A stretch of 64,000 nt of DNA from assembly GCA_964529965.1 (NCBI GenBank), contig CAZHAD010000003.1, forward strand, positions 16,660 through 80,659. Reading direction: 5' to 3'. The notes beneath the pieces were generated by a model. It was not told where the DNA came from. It made no database searches and was given only the letters and a program-made list of their open reading frames with translations. Below, one piece after another: positions 38,542 through 46,768 of the stretch. Source of the stretch: an uncultured Leptospirales bacterium (GTDB taxonomy: Bacteria > Spirochaetota > UBA4802 > UBA5550). Each line of letters begins with the position of its first letter. Position 1 is the stretch's first letter. Position numbers and translations under genes: made by a program.

Positions 38542-39155
38542 GGCTGAACGATGCGGCCCGCAGTCGACATGGTCCCGGCGATGTCGTACATGTTCGATAC
38601 GATACCCGCGGCCACCTTCCCGGTCAGCTCGAAAAAATTCACGCACGTGCCGCACACGAGGATCTTCACCCCCTTTTCTTCAAGGCTTTTCAGATCATCG
38701 AGAACGTCCGATCCCTCTGCCGCGAGCCTCACGCCCGTGTTGTAGAAGATCATGACGTCGGGCCGTGGCTCGAGTTCGATCGCGGTGTGAATGAATGCCT
38801 TCATAAGTATCATTCCCAGTTCGTCGTTGCCCCTCCCCATGGCGTCCGATGAGATCACGAATACGGTGGGTCCGGCCGCGGGTTTGTCGTCGATGTCGCA
38901 GGGAAGATATTCAGGCTGCACCGCGTTTTCAGGCGAAGCCCCCGGCTTTTTAAGAAGCTGTATTTTGAATACCCCCCCCTCTTCGCTACCGACCTCAACC
39001 GAACAACCCGCGCTCGATGCGAGGCGCTGTATGTTTTCCAGCGCGGTGGTATTGTCCACCAGCACCGTGATTTCATCGTTCGACTCAAGTGCTTTTTTGG
39101 TGAGAACGACCGGCTGAGGGCAAGCGAGCCCCCTGGCATTTATTGTTTCCGACAT
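38538..39155 (-). CDS. yedF: YedF-type sulfurtransferase-like selenium metabolism protein (TusA/SirA N-domain + DsrE-like C-domain)
   Basis: N-terminal ARGLACPQPVVLTKKAL (CPxP TusA motif). The C-terminal region VFVISSDAMGRGNDELG...ILVCGTCVNFF is DsrE-like. Confidence 0.75.
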   Translation of the reverse strand: MSETINARGLACPQPVVLTKKALESNDEITVLVDNTTALENIQRLASSAGCSVEVGSEEGGVFKIQLLKKPGASPENAVQPEYLPCDIDDKPAAGPTVFVISSDAMGRGNDELGMILMKAFIHTAIELEPRPDVMIFYNTGVRLAAEGSDVLDDLKSLEEKGVKILVCGTCVNFFELTGKVAAGIVSNMYDIAGTMSTAGRIVQP

Positions 39156-39330
39156 TATTTCCTCCTGGTGTTATTTATGAATTCTTGAAAAAGTAATGGT
39201 AACCACCGATTCACGCCGATAAACGCGGATTTATATCTCCAATTAATTCGATCGGTAATTTTATTCAATTCCCATCCGTGTTCATCCGCGTCCATCGGCG
39301 GTTTCATTATTAATCCAGAATAATTACAAA

Positions 39331-40491
39331 TTATTTCTTATTCTCCTTAACGAGCGTTTCAACGGCCCGAAGCGCGGCGCTGATTTCATCTTCCGTCGTA
39401 AAAACGCCGAAACTGAACCTGACCGTGCCTTCAGGGAACGTGCCGATGGTCCGGTGGGCCGAAGGCGCACAGTGGAGACCCGGCCGAGACATGATCCCGA
39501 ACCGCTCGTCCAGCTCGAAGGACACCTCCGACGGACTCATCCCCTTGACGGCGAATGACACGACCGCTGTTTTTTTCAACGGATCCGGGGGACCATAAAC
39601 GGTCACCCCCTGTATGGCATGGAGGCCCTCCATGAAAAGCCCGGTCAGCGCCGCTTCTTTTTCTCGTATCGCTTCAACGCCGGTGGAAAGAACATGCTCG
39701 ACACCTGCGCCGAGACCGGCGATGCCGATGGCGTTCGGGGTCCCGGATTCGAACCGGTCCGGCATGAATTCAGGCTGGTCCTCGAACTCCGACCCGCTCC
39801 CGGTGCCGCCCCGCTCAAGGGGCTCCACTAGTGTCTCGAGCCCCTTGCGTATATACATCCCGCCGGTCCCCTGGGGACCGTAGAGCGACTTATGGCCGGT
39901 GAAAAAAAGCATGTCTATCCCGGCTTTTTCAACGTCGACAGGCACGCTTCCCGCAGTCTGGGCCGCGTCCGCGCACATAAGCACGCCGCGATCGTGGGCA
40001 ACCGCAGCCAGCTCAGCCAGCGGCATTATGGTTCCGGTTACGTTCGAGGCGTGGGTGACGAACAACGCCCTGGTGTTGCTTTTTATCGCGCGGGCGACGT
40101 CGCCCGGGTCGATCTCCCCGGTCGGGGAGCAAACGATGACGTTCAATTCGACTCCTTCCCGCTCGGCTGCGCGGAGCGGCCGCATGACCGAGTTGTGCTC
40201 CATGCTCGAGCAGATGACGTGATCCCCGGGTCTGATAAGTCCCCTAACCGCGATATTTATGGCCTCGGTCGCATTCCGCGCGAAAATCACGGTGCACGGA
40301 TCACCCGCCCCTAATAAAAAAGCGATGCGCTCTCGCGCGTTAAAGACGATCCTTCCCGCCTCTATGGAAAGGCGATGTCCCGAACGGCCGGGGTTGGCGC
40401 CCACGTTCGCGTTGAAATCAGCCATGGCCCGGATCATCCCCCCGGGCTTCGGCCACGAGGTTGCGGCGTTGTCGAAATAGATACAGCTCAT
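39331..40491 (-). CDS. Class V aminotransferase-fold cysteine desulfurase / selenocysteine lyase family protein
   Basis: YFDNAATSWPKP, the PLP-lysine region FFTGHKSLYGPQGTG, and the C-terminal active-site loop RPGLHCAPSAH. Confidence 0.85.
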   Translation of the reverse strand: MSCIYFDNAATSWPKPGGMIRAMADFNANVGANPGRSGHRLSIEAGRIVFNARERIAFLLGAGDPCTVIFARNATEAINIAVRGLIRPGDHVICSSMEHNSVMRPLRAAEREGVELNVIVCSPTGEIDPGDVARAIKSNTRALFVTHASNVTGTIMPLAELAAVAHDRGVLMCADAAQTAGSVPVDVEKAGIDMLFFTGHKSLYGPQGTGGMYIRKGLETLVEPLERGGTGSGSEFEDQPEFMPDRFESGTPNAIGIAGLGAGVEHVLSTGVEAIREKEAALTGLFMEGLHAIQGVTVYGPPDPLKKTAVVSFAVKGMSPSEVSFELDERFGIMSRPGLHCAPSAHRTIGTFPEGTVRFSFGVFTTEDEISAALRAVETLVKENKK

Positions 40492-40568
40492 AGTTCAGGT
40501 TTACACTCAATGCCACAGCCCGATTGATCAAGGCCGGCATCAGACCACATTTGTGTGCAATTTGACAT
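40488..40568 (-). CDS. Small Cys-rich ORF (26 aa) translationally coupled to the cysteine desulfurase gene
   Basis: AGGAGG-6 nt-ATG precedes the product MSNCTQMWSDAGLDQSGCGIECKPEL. Its TGA overlaps the downstream ATG (ATGA). Too short for the ORF track. Confidence 0.35.
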   Translation of the reverse strand: MSNCTQMWSDAGLDQSGCGIECKPEL

Positions 40569-40581
40569 ATAAAGCCTCCTG

Positions 40582-40616
40582 AAAATAAAATAGCCCGGCC
40601 GTCGTCGCCGCCGGAC
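40582..40616 (-). terminator. Attenuator-like hairpin plus U-tract in the leader of the small-ORF/csd/yedF operon
   Basis: The minus strand reads GTCCGGC-GGCGACGACG-GCCGGGC followed by TATTTTATTTT. An upstream CCCCGCCG (40647-40640) can pair with the 5' arm instead. Confidence 0.4.
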
Positions 40617-40853
40617 TCACAGAAGGCTTGATGGAGTTACGGCGGGGTTACGGCTGAAGAGCACACAAAGGGAAGCCGCCCGGGCTTCCGGTATGCCCCT
40701 CACTGCAAGGAGGTAAATTTGAAAATGTTTACTGTTTCGTTCACTTCTCAATTCCGTCTGAGTTATTTGAATCGAATTATTTTAAAAAACTCCGGGACAA
40801 ATTTTAATCGTTCTTTGATTAAAGAGAACAGATCTGTTTTCCCCGTCAATCAT

Positions 40854-41198
40854 TTATTTTGCGGATCGGTCTTTTCGGATCTCGGGAATAAACCAGTAAA
40901 TCGCTTGATGCGGGCATGATGAAATACAGAGGCCGCACGAATCGCACCGTTCATAGTCGAACGCGATATGCTCGGGACTGCACGGCACATCCATGGTCAG
41001 GCAGTATTTTATACATTTCGAACAGCAGATGTTCAGGGGCTCGATGATCGCTTTAGAGGGGCACGCCTCGATGCATTTATTGCAACTCCTGCACCTGCTC
41101 GATTCAACGGCGGGTAATTGTAGCGACCCCGCCCCCGGTTCCCAGTGGCCGGGGTCGAGTTTTGTGCTACGCCTCATGGCACCCATGCTCGTGCGCAA
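40854..41198 (-). CDS. 4Fe-4S ferredoxin-domain protein
   Basis: CRSCNKCIEACP and CDSCGLCISSCP motifs plus an extra CCSKCIKYC stretch. The start is uncertain (41198, 41186 or 41177) and overlaps the upstream gene end. Confidence 0.75.
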   Translation of the reverse strand: MRTSMGAMRRSTKLDPGHWEPGAGSLQLPAVESSRCRSCNKCIEACPSKAIIEPLNICCSKCIKYCLTMDVPCSPEHIAFDYERCDSCGLCISSCPHQAIYWFIPEIRKDRSAK

Positions 41199-41529
41199 GG
41201 CATGCCTCGCCTGAGTCTTTCAGGCTTCCGGCGAGCCACTGTTTGGTGACTTCCTTTACGTCTCCGGCACAGCCCCTCAGCACTTCAATGCCGTAGCTGT
41301 TAAGTACGTTGACCGCCCCCTCGCCCATGTTTCCGGCCAGCATCATACCGACCCCCATCTGCGAAAGGGTATGGACGATATTGGACCTGCATCCGCAACC
41401 GGCCGGAGAAGACACCTTTTCCTCGGTTACTATCTCATTGTTATCGCTAATGGTGAACACCGTGAAATATTCGCAGTGTCCGAAATGCTCGTCCACCTTG
41501 TTCTGAACTGAAGGTAATGCTATCTTCAT
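41167..41529 (-). CDS. NifX/NifB-C-terminal-like (dinitrogenase FeMo-cofactor biosynthesis domain) protein
   Basis: MKIALPSVQNKVDEHFGHCEYFTVF...MLAGNMGEGAVNVLNSYGIEVL. A Cys/His-rich C-terminal tail (EACLAHEHGCHEA). Confidence 0.75.
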   Translation of the reverse strand: MKIALPSVQNKVDEHFGHCEYFTVFTISDNNEIVTEEKVSSPAGCGCRSNIVHTLSQMGVGMMLAGNMGEGAVNVLNSYGIEVLRGCAGDVKEVTKQWLAGSLKDSGEACLAHEHGCHEA

Positions 41530-41579
41530 TTTTTTTCTCCTTGATTTATTAAAGATTTATTAAATCAGTATTTTGCCAT

Positions 41580-41969
41580 CTAACGCTTATGGCAATGCGG
41601 ACAAACAGACGCCTCCTTTGGAGAAGACGCTGAATCATAAACCCTTTTGCACTTGGGGCACCTTATTCGTATCATCTCCTCCATTGAGACCTCTCCCCCC
41701 TCGATTTTAAGCGCCTTTCCGTTTATCAGCACGTCCGCGATCTTTTTATGCGCCGTCTCGATTATCCGGCCGAAGGTCTGCCTCGATATGCTCATCCTGC
41801 CCGCGCCCTCCTCCTGGTACATGCCCTCAAAGTCGGCGAGTCGTATCGCCTCAAATTCATCAAGGCTCAATACGACTTCCTCGAGCAAAGACGCCGGAAT
41901 CCCCCTCGGCTTGAAATAGTTTCTGTCGGGTGCGCAGCCCACCCTTCTGCAATATTTAGGCCTCGACAT
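41580..41969 (-). CDS. DUF134 (UPF0251) putative DNA-binding protein with a C-terminal zinc ribbon
   Basis: MSRPKYCRRVGCAPDRNYFKPRGIP...LSLDEFEAIRLADFEGMYQEEGAGRMSISRQTFGRII (HTH-like). C-terminal CPKC...CPHC. Confidence 0.75.
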   Translation of the reverse strand: MSRPKYCRRVGCAPDRNYFKPRGIPASLLEEVVLSLDEFEAIRLADFEGMYQEEGAGRMSISRQTFGRIIETAHKKIADVLINGKALKIEGGEVSMEEMIRIRCPKCKRVYDSASSPKEASVCPHCHKR

Positions 41970-41990
41970 ATAACCCGTCTTGTCTTGACC

Positions 41991-42020
41991 ATAATGAGCA
42001 TATGCTCATAACCTGTCAAG
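41991..42020 (-). promoter_or_regulatory. Sigma-70-like promoter of the DUF134 operon with an embedded perfect 16-bp palindrome
   Basis: The minus strand reads TTGACA-17 nt-CATTAT. The spacer carries ATGAGCATATGCTCAT (41994-42009). Confidence 0.55.
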
Positions 42021-42519
42021 CAATATTGCCTAATTAAATCATTCCCATCCCTTTTCACCTCCACCACAAACCTCCCTCATATCCCTACAATCTCTTCTAT
42101 CTATCCACTATTATTACACCTGGAGAAAGGAGAATAATTTTATCGCAGCGAGCAAAACATTATGAGCACATCTATGCGAAAAAAAGCGAAAATATTTCTA
42201 AAAATCACTTATATCGTTATATTATTATACAATATGTTCAGAATTTAATGTTGAAATATTATCTGAATTGAAATATTTTCAATTAACCATTCGAGAAACA
42301 GGCGATAAAATGCATGATCTCATACACATAAGCGGACAAATATGCCGAAATTGCAATGAAATACAGCTCACCGACCTGCTCGTCGGCTTCATGATTTGCT
42401 TTCTGATTGTATTTATATCAAAACTTGTTAAAAGAATAAAATCCTGAAAAAATCCACACATCCTCATTTTTTTAATTATATTTAAAGTTAATCTTATTTT
42501 AACAAGGAGGAGCATGTAG

Positions 42520-42993
42520 ATGAAATCAAAATATTCAATAAGCTCATTAATGGTGGGCTTAGCCATTTTACTTTTTATATCCGGTGTGCCGGACCGCCAG
42601 GCAGCAGCCGCTTCGTCCAGCACATCATGGGCGGGCGAAATGGCCATCAGGGGATACGATCCCGTCTCTTATTTCAGGGCGGGAAAGCCGATGAAGGGGG
42701 AACGCTCGATTTCATTCCGCTGGCACGGGCTCACATGGTATTTTTCGTCCGCGGAAAACAGGCGCCTTTTCACGGCTGATCCGAAAAAATACGCGCCCCA
42801 GTACGACGGATATTGCGCATGGGCCATGAGCGAGGCACGGATCGCGGTAACCGATCCTGAGGCGTGGAAAATCGTCGACGGCAAGCTCTATCTCAACTGC
42901 AGCAGGGCCGCGTTTGCAAAATGGGCGAGGGACATACCGGGAAACATAAAAAAGGCGGATGAGAATTGGAAAAGAATCCGCGGTAATAAATGA
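42520..42993 (+). CDS. YHS-domain protein with signal peptide
   Basis: Signal peptide MKSKYSISSLMVGLAILLFISG. YHS-like core GYDPVSYF...W.F.S..N...F...P.KY.PQYDGYCA. Confidence 0.75.
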   Translation: MKSKYSISSLMVGLAILLFISGVPDRQAAAASSSTSWAGEMAIRGYDPVSYFRAGKPMKGERSISFRWHGLTWYFSSAENRRLFTADPKKYAPQYDGYCAWAMSEARIAVTDPEAWKIVDGKLYLNCSRAAFAKWARDIPGNIKKADENWKRIRGNK

Positions 42994-43147
42994 ATCCACG
43001 GCCGGATTTCTTTCCACCTTCTTAATTCGGCATATATCTGAAAAAGCAATGATCGTGCGCTTCTACGATCAAGCATCCGCTCGATATCCGTACGGTTGAG
43101 CCACGCGTATCGTTCATACGACAATTGCTTCATCAGCTGCCTCACAA

Positions 43148-43191
43148 TAAAATACCCAGCAGTCCCGATGAGTCGGGACGGGGTATTTTTT
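43148..43191. repeat. REP-like conserved hairpin, copy 2 (bidirectional terminator-like)
   Basis: AAAATACCCAGCAGTCCCGATGAGTCGGGACGGGGTATTTTTT. Confidence 0.7.
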
Positions 43192-43435
43192 CACATAAGG
43201 AAATTTTCAAAAACATTTAAATGATATTTCCTTTTTAAGCGCTATTAGGGTGAAACCGTTTTCCCCATTATTTTTAAAATGAAAAAAACGGTTTTGATGC
43301 GCCGAATTTTTCATGCCCAGCGCTATGAAAAAAATATTTGACAAAAAAAGCATGCTAGAATCATGCTACATAAATAAATAAAGTAACACGATTCATATAC
43401 TATTTTAAAAAAAATATAATTCTAATGACGATCAG

Positions 43436-45718
43436 ATGAAAGTACATGTTACCATCGTCTGCCTCTGCATTATTACATGCATGCATGTATCCAACAGCGT
43501 TTCGGCGAGGGAGAAAAATCCGGAATCCGGAGAAATCGATGCGGTTGAGGGCGTTCAAACAAAAGAAAACAACGCCGGCGTTACGAACAACGTCGGGGAA
43601 AAAACAAATGAAAGCGAAACTTCCCGAAAACATGGCAAACCCACGGGCGTTGACGAAATAATCGTCAAATCGAAGCGCGAGTTACAGCCGTCCAGGACGG
43701 TGATTGACGTTGAATCCTCCCTCCCGCTCGGCATGCCCCAGAACATAATGGAGCTGCTGAAGAACCAATCGATGCTCGATTACCGCGGACAAACGAACCT
43801 GGTTCCGAATGATGACACCTACTACCTCAGGGGCTTCAGCGCCGACCGGTTTGTAACCGCAGTTGACGGTATGACCTTCCGCAAAACCGGGGGAAGAAAA
43901 TCGAGCCACATAGTGGATTACGCCCTCATACCCGTATGGCTTATACAACGGGTTGAGATTCTTCCCGGCCCGCATTCGGCCCTGTATCCGGGCAAAGCCA
44001 TCGGCGGGGTGGTCAATCTCATCACGAAAACACCGAAGAAACATGAAACCCTGAAGCCGGATGTCGGCCTGTCGGCGGGTTATGGGTCATACAATACGCA
44101 AAATTATAACGCCATGGTCAACGGCGGCGTCGAATCATTCATTTACGACCTGGGGTTCCAACACTACCGCACCAATGGAAACCTGAGACAGAGCGACGCC
44201 GACATCAGCACCATGTACGGAAGGATCGGGGGAGTATTTCCGAGAGAAGGATTTCTTACCGTAAGCCATTCATATTCAAGGTCGGACCGCGCAATACCGG
44301 TCAACAACAACCTGGGCTCAATGCTCACCGACCCCCTGGCCTCGTTCAACCCCGACTATCCGGTCGTGGCGAACTCTGAGTTCAACAACTGGCAGAATCC
44401 TTCCTGGAAGGATAAGGCGAACACGACAAGGTTTAATTTTTATCAGCCGACCCCGGCCGGGATCATAAAGGCCACCGGCTATTATGACACGGAAAGCCTC
44501 AACCGAAGGTATCCCGCATATATAAAAAAAGCAAATCCTTCGGCCGGAATCTACGATGCCTCCTGGGAGACCATATTCTGGCAATACGGCGGAAGAGTCG
44601 AATACGGGATAACCTACGCGAAAGAGCACACCACTACGGCGGCTTTCGACTTTGAGGAGCTTGAGGACGGAATGGGCCGGGCGCCTTCTTACAACCTCAT
44701 GAGGTACTCAAGGAAACAAAGGGTGGAAATCAAGGCGGGCGCCCTTCAGCACCGCTGGAACATATCGAGGATCATGGACCTGACCGTCGGTTTACGGTAT
44801 GAAGACGTATCTATATGGATATCGAATTTTTCCACATCCAGCTATAAATTGTATATCACCGGCAGGCCCACCTGGATCAAGCGACATTGGTGTGGCTGGA
44901 TGCCGAAATCATTCGTGACCTTCAAATTCGACAAAATCGCCGACCTTTTGAAGCACACCTCTTTGTCAGTCGGGGTGAGCAGGATCTGGCACGCTCCGGA
45001 CTATCACGGCTTATACAACCCGCAGGGAAGGCCGGCGGGCGTATGGCTTCACAACGAAGACGGCGTCGGCTACGACTTCATCGCGATGAGGAGGATCTGG
45101 CGCGATATAACCCTGCAGGCCAGGTATTATCTCTATGACATCAAGAATTTTATCGCTTCTAATGGGAGCTTTGCTCAATTCAGCGGCCCGACCGCTCCGC
45201 CCGGATTCGAATATAAGGATTATGTGACGAATCTGACAAAGGTGCGCCACTACGGCGTGGAGATCGACCTTTACGGGGAGATTATCAGGGGTCTTTCGCT
45301 CCATACCTCATACACCTACCAGGAGTTTTTTTATATGGGAAATTCCGTGTTCGGCAGGCTCACTGCGAAGGTTGCGCTTGACGGGCAAGCCAAACACCGG
45401 TTCAGGGCCGGGCTCCGCTATCTGCTTCCCTACACAAACACCCTTTTCATGGCGGACTACGGATATGAATCCGATCAGGTTTACCTGAATCCGGTTCAGG
45501 TGGAGACCGACGTCTATCTGTTTTACATTACAAAAAACAATCCCTATCACCTGCTCGATGTCGGCATCGAACAGATAATATTAGAGGACATGTATCATTT
45601 CAGAACCCTGCGCGTCAAGGTATACATCAAAAACATCCTGAACGACATATACCAGGATGAATTCGGGTACCAGATGCCGGGCCGCACCTTCGGCGGTGAA
45701 ATCAGCATAAAATTCTAA
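43436..45718 (+). CDS. TonB-dependent outer-membrane receptor
   Basis: 760 aa with a signal peptide, an N-terminal plug region (DEIIVKSKRE...), a long beta-barrel and a C-terminal aromatic terminus ...GGEISIKF. Confidence 0.85.
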   Translation: MKVHVTIVCLCIITCMHVSNSVSAREKNPESGEIDAVEGVQTKENNAGVTNNVGEKTNESETSRKHGKPTGVDEIIVKSKRELQPSRTVIDVESSLPLGMPQNIMELLKNQSMLDYRGQTNLVPNDDTYYLRGFSADRFVTAVDGMTFRKTGGRKSSHIVDYALIPVWLIQRVEILPGPHSALYPGKAIGGVVNLITKTPKKHETLKPDVGLSAGYGSYNTQNYNAMVNGGVESFIYDLGFQHYRTNGNLRQSDADISTMYGRIGGVFPREGFLTVSHSYSRSDRAIPVNNNLGSMLTDPLASFNPDYPVVANSEFNNWQNPSWKDKANTTRFNFYQPTPAGIIKATGYYDTESLNRRYPAYIKKANPSAGIYDASWETIFWQYGGRVEYGITYAKEHTTTAAFDFEELEDGMGRAPSYNLMRYSRKQRVEIKAGALQHRWNISRIMDLTVGLRYEDVSIWISNFSTSSYKLYITGRPTWIKRHWCGWMPKSFVTFKFDKIADLLKHTSLSVGVSRIWHAPDYHGLYNPQGRPAGVWLHNEDGVGYDFIAMRRIWRDITLQARYYLYDIKNFIASNGSFAQFSGPTAPPGFEYKDYVTNLTKVRHYGVEIDLYGEIIRGLSLHTSYTYQEFFYMGNSVFGRLTAKVALDGQAKHRFRAGLRYLLPYTNTLFMADYGYESDQVYLNPVQVETDVYLFYITKNNPYHLLDVGIEQIILEDMYHFRTLRVKVYIKNILNDIYQDEFGYQMPGRTFGGEISIKF

Positions 45719-45759
45719 TGTCGCAATCTCTATTGTAATTATAAAAAAAGGAGAGAATC

Positions 45760-46641
45760 ATGAATCAGATTGGACAAGGCGTCATGAAACAGGCGGCTTT
45801 TTTTTCCTGTATGATCTTGGTCGTTTGGGGAATCATTCTGGCACCGGCCCATGGGATGAGGAAGAGCGCAGGCCGCGCGGCCGTGTACCTGGTCGGGGTG
45901 GGTCCCGGTGATCCGGACCTTATGACGTTGAGGGCGCTGGGCGTCATAAAAAAAGCGGATGTAATCGTATGCTACCGCAAGGTGAGCGAACGATTTGCGG
46001 AATATCTTTCCGGCAAAGAGGTTATCGAAGGATCCCACCAGCTATTCAGGTTTTATGGGAAAAAAAGATCGTCGATCAGAAAAGAAGACATCGGCCAATA
46101 TGATGAAATCACCCCAAGAAGAAACGCATTGATAACCCGCATGAGAAAGGAGTTGAAGAAGGGAAAGACCATCGCGGTCCTTGACTACGGAGACCCCATG
46201 CTGTACGGGCCATGGGTGTGGATTTTGGAAGAATTCAGCGACGTGAGGCCGGAAGTCATTCCCGGAATAAGCGCGTTTAACGCGGCCAGCGCAGCCCTGA
46301 AAAAATCCCCAACCCTTGCGGAAAGAACAAAATCGGTGATCCTCTCATCCAACGATTGGCCGGGGAAAACCGACACGATTGAAAGAGTATCGACCCACGG
46401 ATCCTCCATGGTCCTTTTCACCATGAAAGCAGAATTCGATTTTTTTATCAATGAGCTTACAAAAAAATACGATTCACGCACGCCGGTTGCCGTGGTCATG
46501 TATGCGGGTTATAAGGGAAAAGAACGGGTGATTGCAGGGAACCTGGGAAACATAAGAAAAAAAATCTCAAAACCTGAATTGCCTTTTGAGTATCTCATCT
46601 GCGTCGGCGATTTCATAACATACCGGGAAAAAAAGAAATAG
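45760..46641 (+). CDS. Tetrapyrrole (corrin/porphyrin) methylase family protein with an N-terminal hydrophobic segment
   Basis: VYLVGVGPGDPDLMTLRALGVIKKADVIV signature. AGGAGA RBS before ATG 45760. Residues 10-30 are hydrophobic (AAFFSCMILVVWGIILAPA). Confidence 0.75.
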   Translation: MNQIGQGVMKQAAFFSCMILVVWGIILAPAHGMRKSAGRAAVYLVGVGPGDPDLMTLRALGVIKKADVIVCYRKVSERFAEYLSGKEVIEGSHQLFRFYGKKRSSIRKEDIGQYDEITPRRNALITRMRKELKKGKTIAVLDYGDPMLYGPWVWILEEFSDVRPEVIPGISAFNAASAALKKSPTLAERTKSVILSSNDWPGKTDTIERVSTHGSSMVLFTMKAEFDFFINELTKKYDSRTPVAVVMYAGYKGKERVIAGNLGNIRKKISKPELPFEYLICVGDFITYREKKK

Positions 46642-46705
46642 CTGGACCGCTGACGGCCCGGGAATGTACGCGCCTGTTTCAGGCGCAGGCTGACGCTTTA
46701 AGTTA

Positions 46706-46734
46706 TTGACATTATGGGCATATGCTCATAAATT
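46706..46734 (+). promoter_or_regulatory. Sigma-70-like promoter of the sigma-54 activator gene with a near-identical copy of the 16-bp palindrome
   Basis: TTGACA-17 nt-TAAATT. The spacer carries ATGGGCATATGCTCAT (46714-46729), matching the 41994-42009 palindrome at 15 of 16 positions. Confidence 0.5.
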
Positions 46735-46768
46735 GGCGCATGACGAAGGGAGGAATGCGCCACCCGAT

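Noticed and set aside
40719-40919. A 66-aa plus-strand ORF between the ferredoxin gene and the csd leader.
   Set aside because: It has an AT-rich, low-complexity product, overlaps the ferredoxin gene's 3' end, and is antisense to the leader structures.
42279-42647. Track ORF 42279..42647 (-) and an antisense 45-codon plus-strand ORF (42310-42447, MHDLIHISGQICRNCNEIQL... with a C-terminal hydrophobic helix).
   Set aside because: Both lie in AT-rich intergenic DNA without a convincing RBS. The minus ORF overlaps the YHS gene start. Neither resembles a known family.
42888-43145. An 85-aa minus-strand ORF overlapping the 3' end of the YHS gene.
   Set aside because: It overlaps a better-supported gene, has no recognisable motifs, and ends at the REP-like hairpin. 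It is probably spurious or a remnant.
43192-43435. A cobalamin riboswitch upstream of the TonB-dependent receptor / tetrapyrrole methylase pair.
   Set aside because: The region is AT-rich and lacks any B12-box-like GC-rich core. Only a 10-bp AAACCGTTTT/AAAACGGTTT inverted repeat and a CATGCTA direct repeat are present.
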